A stretch of 63,972 bases of DNA, the filler included, from Octopus bimaculoides (Eukaryota), in assembly GCF_001194135.2 (NCBI RefSeq). It is 5 parts of 5 records of this genome, joined end to end, with 100 filler letters (N's around TTAATTAATTAA, not from the genome) between each part and the next. Parts side by side here need not be neighbours in the genome. Positions count along the whole stretch, not along the records: positions 1 to 24,106 come from NC_069002.1; positions 24,207 to 48,127 come from NC_068981.1; 3 more parts are not named here. One strand, written 5' to 3'. This document shows positions 13,121-25,930 of the stretch, one piece after another; position 1 is the first letter of the stretch; the number at the start of each line of letters is the position of its first letter. Both the position numbers and the translations under genes were made by a program. The notes beneath the pieces were generated by a model. The model was not told the origin of the DNA. It made no database searches and saw only the letters and a program-made list of their open reading frames with translations.

Positions 13121-14350
13121 TCTTTCCTTTCTTTCCTTTCCTGAGCGTCCAATAACACTATACTTATTCCACGACCTCGCATTGTTTTTCGTGTTTTTTC
13201 TTGCTTGTTCATGTTTGAATTGACTGCATACGTACATACATATATATATATATATGCATACATATACATATATATACACTTACATACATATATACAAATA
13301 TATATNNNNNNNNNNNNNNNNNNNNNNNNNNNNNNNNNNNNNNNNNNNNNNNNNNNNNNNNNNNNNNNNNNNNNNNNNNNNNNNNNNNNNNNNNNNNNNN
13401 NNNNNNNNNNNNNNNNNNNNNNNNNNNNNNNNNNNNNNNNNNNNNNNNNNNNNNNNNNNNNNNNNNNNNNNNNNNNNNNNNNNNNNNNNNNNNNNNNNNN
13501 NNNNNNNNNNNNNNNNNNNNNNNNNNNNNNNNNNNNNNNNNNNNNNNNNNNNNNNNNNNNNNNNNNNNNNNNNNNNNNNNNNNNNNNNNNNNNNNNNNNN
13601 NNNNNNNNNNNNNNNNNNNNNNNNNNNNNNNNNNNNNNNNNNNNNNNNNNNNNNNNNNNNNNNNNNNNNNNNNNNNNNNNNNNNNNNNNNNNNNNNNNNN
13701 NNNNNNNNNNNNNNNNNNNNNNNNNNNNNNNNNNNNNNNNNNNNNNNNNNNNNNNNNNNNNNNNNNNNNNNNNNNNNNNNNNNNNNNNNNNNNNNNNNNN
13801 NNNNNNNNNNNNNNNNNNNNNNNNNNNNNNNNNNNNNNNNNNNNNNNNNNNNNNNNNNNNNNNNNNNNNNNNNNNNNNNNNNNNNNNNNNNNNNNNNNNN
13901 NNNNNNNNNNNNNNNNNNNNNNNNNNNNNNNNNNNNNNNNNNNNNNNNNNNNNNNNNNNNNNNNNNNNNNNNNNNNNNNNNNNNNNNNNNNNNNNNNNNN
14001 NNNNNNNNNNNNNNNNNNNNNNNNNNNNNNNNNNNNNNNNNNNNNNNNNNNNNNATATATATATATATATACTTGGAGGTCCTCCTTTATCAACAGGACT
14101 GTGTGTTTTCTTTTATTTGTATATTACACACACTTTTGATCTCATTTTGTTTTTATTTATCTTCCTTGTCACTCTATTATCCTGTCTCTGCTCTGCTCTC
14201 GTGAACATGAAATTACAAGTCCTGTGTTATTAACATAAATCCCATTAAAGAATTCATTATCCACCTCCCAGTTTGTTACTAACGTACACACCCAAATTAC
14301 ACGATTTTTTCCTCTTTCTTCCTTTTCTTTTGGACTTTCCTATGTCCCCT

Positions 14351-14384
14351 GTTTCCGAAGAGAGCTTTGGTCGAAATGTAAAGC
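14351..14384 (+). ncRNA. Degenerate hammerhead motif in related short repeat (about 14290-14490)
   Basis: GTTT-CCGAAGA-GAGC-TTT-GGTC-GAAAT-GTA-AAGC; same pyrimidine-rich upstream and GAGCGT downstream as the 13082 copy. Confidence 0.5.
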
Positions 14385-14499
14385 AACCACTCTTTCTTTC
14401 CTTCTCTGAGCGTCTCATTAATACTTTGCATATACTATGTCCGCGTGTTGTTGTTTTTTCTTGTCGTTGTGTCTCTGTTTTTTTTTTTAATTAATTATA

Positions 14500-14878
14500 T
14501 ATGTGTAGTAAATAGCTTGGTTACCAACCACATGGTTTCGGGTTCAGTCCAACTGCATGGCACCTCGGGCAAGTGTCCTCTACTATAGCCGCGGGCAGAC
14601 CAAAGCCCTGTGAGTGGATTTGATAGACGGAAACTGAAAGAAGCTCATCGTATGTATATATATGTATTTCTCTCTGTGTTTGTCCCCCACCATCAGTTGA
14701 CAACCAGTGTTGGTGTGTCTACGTCCCCATAACTAAGTGGTTCGGCGAAAAGAGACCGATAGAAAAAGTACTAGGTTTACAAAGAAAATATCCTGGGGTC
14801 GATTTGTTCGACTAAAGGTGGTGCTCCAGCATGGCCGCTGTCAAATGACTGAAACAAATAAAAGAATAAAAGAATATA
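14500..14878 (+). mobile_element. tRNA-derived SINE, family A
   Basis: GGGTTCAGTCC B-box and the full family A body and tail (GACTAAAGGTGGTGCTCCAGCATGGCCGC..GACTGAAACAAATAAAAGAATAAAAGAA). Confidence 0.85.
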
Positions 14879-15528
14879 TGTGTATATGTGTGTGTATATA
14901 TATAGATAGATATATATATATACATATGTATGTATATATATATATTGTGTGTGTGTGTGTGTATGCACGTATATGCATATATACACACATATATGTACAT
15001 ACGTACATATATACATATATGCATATATGGGTACAGGACGTCACAAAATGTAAACAACATGAAATACGAAAATATGGTACGCAAACAGCGAGAGAAACAA
15101 ATGGAAACAAGACAGCAGCATCAGCGCCAAGATGTGATTAGGCATAAGCGATCTTTAAGGTCAGTGGAATGTTTCAACTTCTAAAGTGAAATTCACTGCA
15201 GTTACTGTGGAGAAAAAATTCTCACTTATGGTAAAAGGTGTAAAAATACCATATCCGCCAAGTGCTGCCCTCAATCGGATTCTCCAATCTCTTTCACCTT
15301 CCAAATTTTTCTTGGTTGTGTCTCAAATATGAAAAACACTATGGAAGTTATTGCTTCGTGTGTCGTTGCATAGATTTTGATCCTCTGCTGTATACCATTA
15401 GTGGCTGCCAAACTTGATGAAAATGAGAATAAAATCAGTAAAAATAAACAAGCACGTATTTTATAGCTCGAGGAAAATTCTACCATTTCTTCGAAAAGAA
15501 AAATTAAATTTGCTTCTGATAATATATA

Positions 15529-15904
15529 CATGGTGACCCAAAATCATGTATGCACTTTGCAAAGAATATGCTTGCGCTGTTGGGGACTGCCTTAACAGCA
15601 CCTTCCCACAGCATTGCATCGGACGACATGGAAGCATCGAATGACCACCACATTCACCGAATTTAACACCGTAAGATTTATGAGAGAAAACCCAAGACAG
15701 TGGACGAATTAAAACAGTTCATCTCAGAAGCATTTATTTCCACAGGTACAGATCGAAGTTTGTATAGTATTGTGTGTCACAGCGTTCCCAAGTGATTTCA
15801 GGAAAGTCTCGCAATCAAAGGAAGCCAGTTCGAGCGTTTACAAGACTAAACATATTAAAATATAAATAAATTGTAACATGTAAACCTATTTTGGGACCAC
15901 ACTG
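15529..15904 (+). mobile_element. Internally deleted Tc1/mariner-superfamily element with transposase C-terminal remnant
   Basis: TA-flanked imperfect TIRs (CATGGTGACCCAAAAT / CAGTGTGGTCCCAAAAT). Remnant reads LNSTFPQHCIGRHGSIE*PPHSPNLTP*DF..KPKTVDELKQFI, like the WIGRxG..WPPRSPDLTPLDF signature of DDxD-type elements. Confidence 0.65.
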
Positions 15905-16035
15905 TATACGTTGTCCACCCGTAGTGACCACTTTAGTCCCAAGAAGTGGATTCCCAGAAAGTTTTACATTATTGACCACTTTGTTCAATGCCTGAACAAA
16001 ATAAAAATTCTTGACATCTTATGAAATAAATAATA

Positions 16036-16112
<77 letters not shown>

Positions 16113-16666
16113 ATTGGTAAATTCTTACCACTCTCATATGAATCTTTAAGAATCCTCACCTCATAAATTTAAAAGATCATTATAAACGAAAATCGTAATT
16201 CCGATTTCCGTTTCGTTTTCTATCTTTAAAAAAAAAAACCTTATTAATATTCCTGTAATTTAAAAATCCCTAGTTTGCCAACGCTATCATTACCACGAAG
16301 GAAAATACATCTCAGTAGTACTAATAAATCTAACGTATCTTCACAAATCCTAAAATGCAATCAAAATAACAACCAAACGTAAATTCAAACTAATCAACCT
16401 CCAAGAAAAATATAGAAAGCAACACTTAACGGCAATCCTTTAGACCTTACTTCGCTGTGTCTACCCTTCCTTAGCAAATGCTAGTAAATACGTTGAAGAA
16501 AGGTCTGAGTGCAATCCATCTAAAATGCCTTGGGCTTTACTTTATCTTTATTCAATGGATAAAAATATGCCAACACCAACTAAAGTACTGCTTTCCTTGC
16601 TGATGGTGCTTCTTAATTATATATACTTTCTAACGTCAATAAATATACCACTGTTATTTTCATCAC

Positions 16667-17312
<646 letters not shown>

Positions 17313-17314
17313 GC

Positions 17315-17540
17315 AAGGCGGTGAGCTGGCAGAATGGTTAGCACGCCGGGTAAAATGCTTAGTGGCATTTTGTGCATCATAACCTTCTGTGTTCAAATTT
17401 CGTCGGTAGCGACTTTGCCTTTCATCCTTTCGGGGTCGGTAAGTAAAACAAGTACTAGTTGATCACTATTGTCGATGTAATTGGCAATTCCCCTCTCCCG
17501 AAATTGCTAGCTTTCGGACAAAATTCAAAATCAGTAATTA
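17315..17540 (+). mobile_element. SINE family B, head-to-tail with previous copy
   Basis: AAGGCGGTGAGCTGGCAGAATGG head starts in the previous copy's (TTA)n tail; CCTTTCATCCTTTCGGGGTCGGTAA domain. Confidence 0.8.
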
Positions 17541-18036
17541 ATGTTATCATTCATGTATACATCACATGATCTTGAGCAAGCAGAAATACTTTATAACTGA
17601 CAAATGCTTCATTTCTTATAAATTTTGAATTTAATTCACTCTGTGATTCTGAAGAATTCAACAGAAGCAATTCGTTATGTCACTATATTTTTAAATCATA
17701 ATTTATCCTGCATTGCGCTAATGGAAAAATAGGTTATGGCAACTAAACATTATCGGCAAAACTACAAAAGCGTCCCCACGAATTTCCTTTCCTGTTACTC
17801 TTTTAAAAATGCATATTTTTAATGAGATACTCAGGAGACGTTTTCAATAATGTAGATTACGACTGAAATTTCTTTTCAAATTTCTTTTATTAATTGTAAT
17901 GTATATTCTCGAAATTATTCCACTGATACATTTTGTTAAAAATATGCGTTTAACAGAATGCGAGGGTGGAATGAACCTCAAAAGATTCTTTTCCATTTTT
18001 TTTCCAATATAATCGCAATGTGTACCATCTAAACTA

Positions 18037-19317
18037 TTGGTTTGGCAAGAAAGTAATTTCGTTTTTCGAAAATAGATAGTTACGATTTTTTTTAATGACT
18101 TTTGTCAATGTTATGATTTTTTCCCTCTTGACATTTGATAGCCGTTACTTTTAGCTTACTTTAGAAGCAAATAGGGTAATTTTGTTTACAGCTGTTAGTT
18201 CAGTGTCAATTTTAACATGGAATGCAAAAACGAACATTTTCCCCATATCCTACTTTTGTTATTTCCACAAAGGCAGAGAAAGCTGCTGAGGTTCACAAAG
18301 AGAAATGTGAAGTTTATGGTATTGATTGCTTAATAAAACGCATATGTCAGAAATGACTTTAAAAATTCCGTTCTGGTGATTTTTCACTCAATTATGAACA
18401 ACGGTCTGGTCGACCGACTAAAGTTGATGACCGAATCAAAGCCATAATTGAAACTAATTGTCATACAACTGTGCGAGAGATTGCAGAAAGGTTAAGTGTA
18501 TCACACACAACAATTGAAAATCACTTAAAATGTCTTGGATTCGTTAAGAAGCTCGATATTTAAGCTGCACATAAATTGTAGGCGATTCACTTAACACAAT
18601 GAATCAACATTCGCGATATGCATCTCAAACGCAATGAAATCGACCTTTTTTTAAACGAATCATCACTGGTGATGAAAAAGGGATTGTCTACAATAAGATC
18701 AATCGAAAACGATCATCGTCCAAGCGTAATGAACCAGCAGAAAGCACATCGAAAGCTGACTTGCATAAAAAAAAAGTCATGCTGTCAATTTGGTGGGATT
18801 ACAAAGGTGCTGTGTATTTTGAACTGCTTCCATGGAACTAAACGATCAATTCAAATGTTTACTGTCAACAACTAATGAAACTAGAAGAAGCAATCAAAGG
18901 AAAACAGCCAGAATTAGCAAATCGTAAAGGAATCGTGTTCCACCATGACAACTCTACACCACACACGTCTTTGTAAACTCATGAAACATTACTGGGCCTT
19001 GGTTGGGAAGTGATGTCACATCCACCATATAGCCCTGATCTTGCACCATCAGATTATCATTTATTTTGAAGTTTGCAAAATTCCTTGAATACTAAAACTT
19101 TCAACAATGATTATGACCTGAAATTGCACTTGCTTCAGTTTTTGGCTGAGAAGAACCAAAATTCTATGAGTGTGGGATGATGAAGTTGCCAGAAAGATGG
19201 CAAAAGTCATCGAACAAAATGGAAATATATATAATTGATTAAAGTTCATTCTTTGTATGAAAAACTTAGTTTTATTTCACACTAAAAAAAACAGAAATTA
19301 CTTTCTTGCCAACCCAA
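18037..19317 (+). mobile_element. Full-length decayed mariner (DD34D), mellifera-subfamily-like
   Basis: TA duplications at 18035-36 and 19318-19; TIRs 23/24 identical (TTGG(T/G)TTGGCAAGAAAGTAATTTC); 1281 bp. Pseudo-ORF from ATG 18217 has KFRSGDFSL, RSGRP, ITGDEK, WWDYKG, HHDN and HPPYSPDLAPSDY; D-34-D counted. Confidence 0.93.
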
Positions 19318-20924
19318 TATATATATCCGGAAAATTTCATTGAAAAATAAGCATTTTAAAGAAAATTACGAGAAAACAAATTTAGAAGAGGCACACACCT
19401 TTAGTTATGTATTGTTATCTCCCTGCATACATTATATATAACACATCTCAAATCTTTCATAGCACATCAATTCATAAAAACAGTTTTAACATCAGCAACA
19501 ACCACAACAAAGGTGTTACCATTCTGGCAGAAGGAAGAAACTTATTCCTTCACCAGCATGGATTTAGTTTATGACAAATAACATCTAGTAGATGATAGCT
19601 TAACTATAAATAAAATATAACATTATTGATATGTTGATATGTTTACAGAAAGTCCATCTCTCAGATGTAACATCATTTTCGTGCGCCAACATATTGAAAG
19701 AAAGAAATCTGTTTTTAACACACAACGTCCCTGAGCTTTAAATAAGATTTTATCGTCAGAAATATAGTCCAAGATGACCTGACAATTCGGATTTTGGTTG
19801 TTTGAATGATAATAATACGAATTTACATACGTTACCGACCACTGTTGATTTCAATTAGATTGCTTGGTGTTTGTAATACAGAGAAATTTATTAAAATGTG
19901 GTGTGAATCTTCTCGGTAAAATTAACGTGCCAAACATTTTAGCCTTCTGCTAGTGCCCTTTATAGAATCCAATTTTTAATATGAATGCACACACACTCAC
20001 ACACACAAACTCACACGCAAACCACATACACCCAAACAAACATACACTCACACTTATTTGACAATGATGCTCACTTACGACCATCACATGATGTCAACAC
20101 AAGGGTACANNNNNNNNNNNNNNNNNNNNNNNNNNNNNNNNNNNNNNNNNNNNNNNNNNNNNNNNNNNNNNNNNNNNNNNNNNNNNNNNNNNNNNNNNNN
20201 NNNNNNNNNNNNNNNNNNNNNNNNNNNNNNNNNNNNNNNNNNNNNNNNNNNNNNNNNNNNNNNNNNNNNNNNNNNNNNNNNNNNNNNNNNNNNNNNNNNN
20301 NNNNNNNNNNNNNNNNNNNNNNNNNNNNNNNNNNNNNNNNNATATATATAAATGGTTTTGTTTTGCGTGACAATTTCAAATGAATCTTATAGAGCCTTTT
20401 TAGTTTATCTTCGCCTTTCCTCTGTATTATACAATAATCATAAACGTCAATATCACTTTGAGTTCAAGATTTCGATCGCTATTCAGCATTTCTTCTTTAC
20501 TCAGATATAATTAGAGTTATAAATAAGATCAATGTACAAAACGTAACTCTACAGCACGGAACTCATCCCTATGGCGCGGCGAATCATGTCCCAACTTGTA
20601 GTCATTAATAAGATATCAATAACAATAACGTCAGATTAACATTCGAATACATTAAAGTTCAAGATATTTTCCTTAAAATCGTTATTAAATAGAAGACACA
20701 GTAAGAGAGCAGAGAATAGCTGAAAATATTGTATGGATTATTCGTAAAACTGTAAGTGGGGAAGTGTCATGTCAGGGAAAATCGCCCTGGTTTGGTTAGA
20801 TCTGTACATTTATGAGATTTTTCATATTTGGATCAAAAGGTACAGGGAAATAAGTATTAAGAAGCTAAGAAGTTTGACATTCTAAGGCGAAGTATAAATC
20901 AGATTTAGGAACAGTAATATTGGT

Positions 20925-21125
20925 TTCACATTTTGGCACAAGGCCAGCAATTTCGAGAGAGAATGCTCAACTGGTAAATACTTCAACTACCCCAAACTCT
21001 AACTCGCAAGAATGAAAGACTAAGTCGACCCGAGCCGAATTTGAACCGAAAACGTGAAGATAGACGAAATACTGCAAAGCATTTATGACGGTATCTTAAC
21101 AATTCTGCCAGCTCGTCAGCCTTAG
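20925..21125 (-). mobile_element. SINE family B (degenerate)
   Basis: Reverse complement gives AAGGCTGACGAGCTGGCAGAATTGTTAAG..GGTTCAAATTCGG..GTCGACTTAGTCTTTCATTC. Confidence 0.7.
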
Positions 21126-21901
21126 GTAACACAAGTAATATTCACTAATGAAGTGAGTCGGCTTCAGACAGGTTCGAAGTTTTGGCACAGGGAGTAGGTG
21201 ACTCCAATATTCTCACCATTTGAATTCTTCAACGATAAAAATATCAAACTACCGAAGTCTCTAATGATTAACTTCAACCTAAAATATACTTACAGGATAT
21301 GAGAAGAGATAAAGAAAGACTTCTCAGAGAAAGTGAGAAAACATCAAATTTAATTCAGGGTAGTACCGTACCCCAAGAATATATGACGAACTCCACTTAA
21401 TTTTGTTGTTCTTTGTTTTTTGTTGCTGTTGTTTTTTGCTGGGGAGTGTTGTTTTGTTTTTATGTTTTGTTTGGATTTTTGTCATCCTCTGTATGAAATA
21501 TTAATGATTTAAAATTGGCATAATGCTCTCTAGTGGGTATCGAATATTTTGGCATTTATGCCAAAATATTTAAGCCTAAAGAGATTTGGCTTCAAGTATG
21601 ATTTGAAAATTGTTACAATATCCACGAGCCAGTAACTTAATTTTGTTTTTCTAAGACATTCTCCAATCATTGAGGAAGAAGCATAAGTAACGAACAATTG
21701 AGTAGATGTCAGAATATCATTTCGTCGATTCCGAAAGGGCGAAAGTCAAAGTCAAGTGTCGTCTGCTTTGAGTCAAAAAATGTAGAGGAACAAAATTCAA
21801 TTTCGTAAATCATTTTGTTAAATGTTCAATTGTTTTGTTTTGCTTTTTATGTTTTTCTGACCATTTATAAACATTGATTTATTGACAATAATGACGTTTT
21901 A

Positions 21902-23240
21902 TCAGGTCATCCCATAAGTTCTGTCCGAATTTTGAATAAAGAAAATAAATGATCAAATGTTATATATAATTGAAATTTAATCATCAATGTACTTTCCCTG
22001 ATTATCTATGACTTCCTTCCATCTATATACAAGCTTTCTAATCCCATCAATGTAAAACTCTTTTGGTTTCAAAACGTAGAACTCTGAAATGTCAGTTTCG
22101 ACCTCCTCCTGGCTTGCGAAAGTTATGTCCCCCAAATGATTCTGTAAACTACGAAACAAATGGTAGTATGAAGGAGCAAGGTCGGGAGAATAAGGTGGAT
22201 GAGGAATTTTTTCCCAACCAAGCTCTTCGATCTTCTGTGATGTAATCTTTGCAGTGTGGGGTCACACATTGTCCTGATGAAACATCACTCCTTTTCGATT
22301 CACTAAAGCGGGTCTTTTTTCCTTCAAAGCTTGGTTCAAACGCTCTAATTTCTGACTTGAGCCTTGAGTGTTGCATTAGGTGGTAACAATTCAAAGTTAA
22401 TTACTCTTTTGCAATCCCACCAGATAGACAGAAGAACCTTTTTCCCATGAAGTTCCCTTCTCAGTTGTGGTTGAGCTTTTTCCTTTTTACCAAGCCACTG
22501 TTTATGGCGTTTAACATTTCGATAGAAGATCTTCTTTGGATGAAGTTGTCCTCTACATTAATGAGTAGGTCTACTTCCTCGGCTGATCCATTGGCGACGG
22601 CATTTAACTTTATGATAAAGAATTCACTTCTCATCACCAATAACAAGCCTATCTAAAAATGGCATCTGACGTTGACGTGTAAGCAATGACTCGCAACAAG
22701 CGACACATTGTTGCAGATTCTCTGGAGACAGGTTGTGCAAGTCCCATTTTCCAACTACAGAAACCTTTCCAATTCTTTTCAGTTTGCATAGGATAGTCGT
22801 ATGGCTTACTTGAAATTTCTCGGCAAGTACTCTAACACTAGTGCAGGATTTGTTGCGACAACAGCTTCTAGCTCTTGAATATCGAGAGCTTTTGGACAAC
22901 CCTCCTTTGGCTCGTTGTCTAAGCTGAAATTTCCACTTCGAAAACGGGAAAACCACCTCCTGTAATTTCTTTCATTCATTATATCATCTCCATAAGTACT
23001 ACGAATGGATTTTGCTGTTGCACTCGCATTGACACCTTTATGAAACTCGGAGAGTAAAGCATTCTAATGTGTTGGGACGAATATCGAAGAAGATTGGGGA
23101 CAATATTGTTTTAACCTGAAAGAAGAAAATATTACTTACCCATTGTTTCATTCCGTGATTGATAACATGAGACGATACTTTCATAAATGTTGTCTAACAT
23201 TTCATCTATAAAATCAGACGAAACTTTCGTTCCAACCTGA
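21902..23240 (-). mobile_element. Decayed mariner (DD34D) with mismatched ends, probable two-family chimera
   Basis: TA-flanked; ends share TCAGGT but only about 20/31 nt. Pseudo-ORF has RRWFSRFRSGNFSL, LVIGDEK, IWWDCK, FHQDN and HPPYSPDLAPS; the 31-codon segment after GDEK occurs twice in two divergent versions. Confidence 0.88.
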
Positions 23241-24066
23241 TATTTTACACATATTTAGAATTCAAAATGGCTGCCCTATGCTTTCATTGTGGCCTTTAAT
23301 TTTTCTCTTTTTTTTTTTTTTACCGTTTTATCAACTCACAATTCTTTATGCCAAACATTTTGAATGCTACAGTTTGTTCAGGTTTTTTATTTTTTGTTAA
23401 CCGCCATTTTTAATTAACACTAAACAATAAAACAAAAAATGTTAGGAAGCGTTATACAACATTTACAGCTATCATTTTCGAATAAGAATGTTTCAATTTA
23501 TCTTTGAATAACAGGTAAATTATTATGTTTAAATCAAGGGTAGTTATATTTCCCACACCCGGTCCGTCTCTGCTTCTTGTTATTTCTCCCCTTTGGAGGT
23601 CATGCAACATAGTTCAACCTAACAATACTTCAACTGATTATGTAGTTCGCAATTACCAACTCATTTTTTTCCATTATTCTGTTATTCCTGACAACAATCA
23701 TATGTTGTGTAAACAGAAAATAGTAACAATGGCTACTAATATGACCATAATGGTAAATAGAATTAAGTCGAATCATAGTTTCCATCTCCGTTTCTATTTT
23801 TCCCTTCTTATACCCAACATCTTGCTAAATTGGTATTATCATATCTTAATTTCGTTATAACCTTGTTGTATTCTTGGAGAAGCAATTTATCATAATCTCT
23901 GGAAGGCAATTAAAACTGACACCCACGTTTATCTCACCGTCAGGAGATGCATAAACAAATAAATATGAACGCAAAATAATATGGAGTCATCCACTTATCC
24001 GAAACAAGACATCCTATTAATTAACAAATCATGATTTATACGTATATATATAAACACATACACACA

Positions 24067-24106
<40 letters not shown>

Positions 24107-24150
24107 NNNNNNNNNNNNNNNNNNNNNNNNNNNNNNNNNNNNNNNNNNNN

Positions 24151-24162
24151 TTAATTAATTAA
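24151..24162. other. Scaffolding linker TTAATTAATTAA in a 100-bp gap (also 48172-48183, 56833-56844, 62495-62506)
   Basis: The same palindromic six-frame-stop 12-mer sits between about 44 Ns on each side four times; an assembly artefact, probably marking gaps of unknown size. Confidence 0.9.
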
Positions 24163-24311
24163 NNNNNNNNNNNNNNNNNNNNNNNNNNNNNNNNNNNNNN
24201 NNNNNNTATATATATATATATGGGAGAATATACAAATAATAACAACAGACGAGGACAGGTGGTGTAAATAACAAAATTATATATTAGTATGACGCTCGGG
24301 AATACGGAAAG

Positions 24312-24348
24312 TCTTTGACGTTTCGAGCTACGCTCTTCAACAGAAAGA
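24312..24348 (-). ncRNA. Minimal type-I hammerhead motif with A6U core variant, in short repeat (about 24225-24410)
   Basis: Minus strand TCTTT-CTGTTGA-A-GAGC-GTA-GCTC-GAAAC-GTC-AAAGA: perfect 5-bp stem I, 4-bp stem II, GUC triplet. Confidence 0.7.
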
Positions 24349-24607
24349 ATACGGAGACAAGGAGAAAAACACGGAGAAAAAAAATTGAATAGTGTTCAGT
24401 CAACGGTGTATATATATATATATAAAGAGTGAGAGAGAGAAAAAGTTATTGCATTCCACACGCGTAGAAATATAGTATGTATGTATATATCTGAAAAATA
24501 GAATTTGCAAATGCAGTGAGAATAGTTAAAATATTTTTTTATTAATATATCTAAAGATTTAACCGGTTTCGCAGTATACACTGATTTTCAAAAATTTGAA
24601 ATAGAAA

Positions 24608-24850
24608 ATGACGCAGCTTCTGTTGCAGCTGTTGGAGAAGCAAGATGAAATAATCAGAGATCTCCTTCTGTGGAAAACCATGCATAGATATATAGATATC
24701 AGCAATCCAAAAAGAGTATATATCGAACAACTTGTTGAAGACACCGTATATCAATTTGATGATATGAAGGCTATAATGGAAGATCAAGACATCCGGGGTA
24801 CCGGGGTAGAAGAGTTACATTCATCCAGGTCAAGTGACCCAAGCAGGTAG
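24608..24850 (+). CDS. Unassigned 80-codon high-complexity ORF or possible exon
   Basis: Non-repetitive, helical-looking sequence (LLLQLLEKQDEIIRDLLLWK); donor-like CAG|GTAGAT at about 24846; no homolog recognised. Confidence 0.2.
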   Translation: MTQLLLQLLEKQDEIIRDLLLWKTMHRYIDISNPKRVYIEQLVEDTVYQFDDMKAIMEDQDIRGTGVEELHSSRSSDPSR

Positions 24851-25317
24851 ATTGAATAGTCGTAACACTGAAAGTCCATATGATATGATTGATATTTTTC
24901 AGTAAGTTTACTTTCACTATATCTTATCACAACAAGTTTTCCCCCATTCTATAACTTACTTCAATGGCGTATTTAGCTCTATTAGAGATACAGGCTGGTA
25001 GTAAACTTCTTTAAGAAGTATTCTTTTCTTGATTCCCTCCTAAGTGACAGTACTTTTCATTGCTAGAAGTTATTGTTACAGCGATATATACGATGCTATA
25101 TGTAGGAAAAACTGTTCTTATACAAAATACAGAAAAAATCCACATAAGCCAACATTAGATACATTAGTGGAAAATTCCTATCAAAACTTCATCGACGTGC
25201 AAACATGACAGGTCTAGCATATTTCATTTTACCAGTTTACCTTATTCGTTGTCTTTTCATTCTTTTATCCATCTTTCCTTCTTACTTCATGACTGAGTGA
25301 CCTATCGCCATCTCGTA

Positions 25318-25401
<84 letters not shown>

Positions 25402-25739
25402 CCTCTTTCAATGTTGTTTCGATTTCTTGCCGAGTTTCTTCCCGACACCTAGGGCAAAGAAACTCACTGTATACAACGGTAGTCTATTAAAATAAACACC
25501 AGATTGTTTATTTACAAAGTCATGTGATAGAAAAAAGGTGAGGAAAGACAGAGCGAAAAGGGAAAGGAGAAAAACATGAGAAAAATAAAGCAAAAAAAAA
25601 AAAGGGGTAAAAGGAAAGAAGATTCACAGTGACAATCCACTTCTCAATATGTGTAACTTACCAGTTAATACGCTCTTTTGCACTTCTTGCATGGATGGTA
25701 ATATCAGGGTTTTTTGGGGTTTTTTTTTTGTCTTTTTTT

Positions 25740-25930
25740 AAGGCAGTGAGCTGGTAAAATCATTAGCAAGCGGGGCAAAACGTTTGGCGGCATTTTGTCC
25801 ATCTGAGTTCAAATATCGCCGAGGCTAATTTTGCATTTCATCTTTTCGGGGTCTATGAAATAAGCACCAGTCAAGCACAGCGGGCCGATATAGTCTAATA
25901 TAAACTTCTTCCCAAATTTCAGGCCACTAC
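25740..25930 (+). mobile_element. SINE family B (degenerate)
   Basis: AAGGCAGTGAGCTGGTAAAATC head, GAGTTCAAAT, CATTTCATCTTTTCGGGGTC domain. Confidence 0.75.

Noticed and set aside
15271-15531. Minus-strand ORF with a signal-peptide-like stretch (CLFLLILFSFSSSLAA)
   Set aside because: The hydrophobic part is a T-rich tract, the start overlaps a transposon TIR and no homology is recognisable.
23116-23143. ATGG|GTAAGT..TTTCTTCTTTCAG| intron-like signal at the start of the chimeric mariner ORF
   Set aside because: Only 24 nt between donor and acceptor, too short to splice, and an in-frame stop follows; at best a deletion remnant.
23525-23860. 111-codon plus-strand ORF
   Set aside because: Composition typical of AT-rich non-coding DNA; no motif or splice support.
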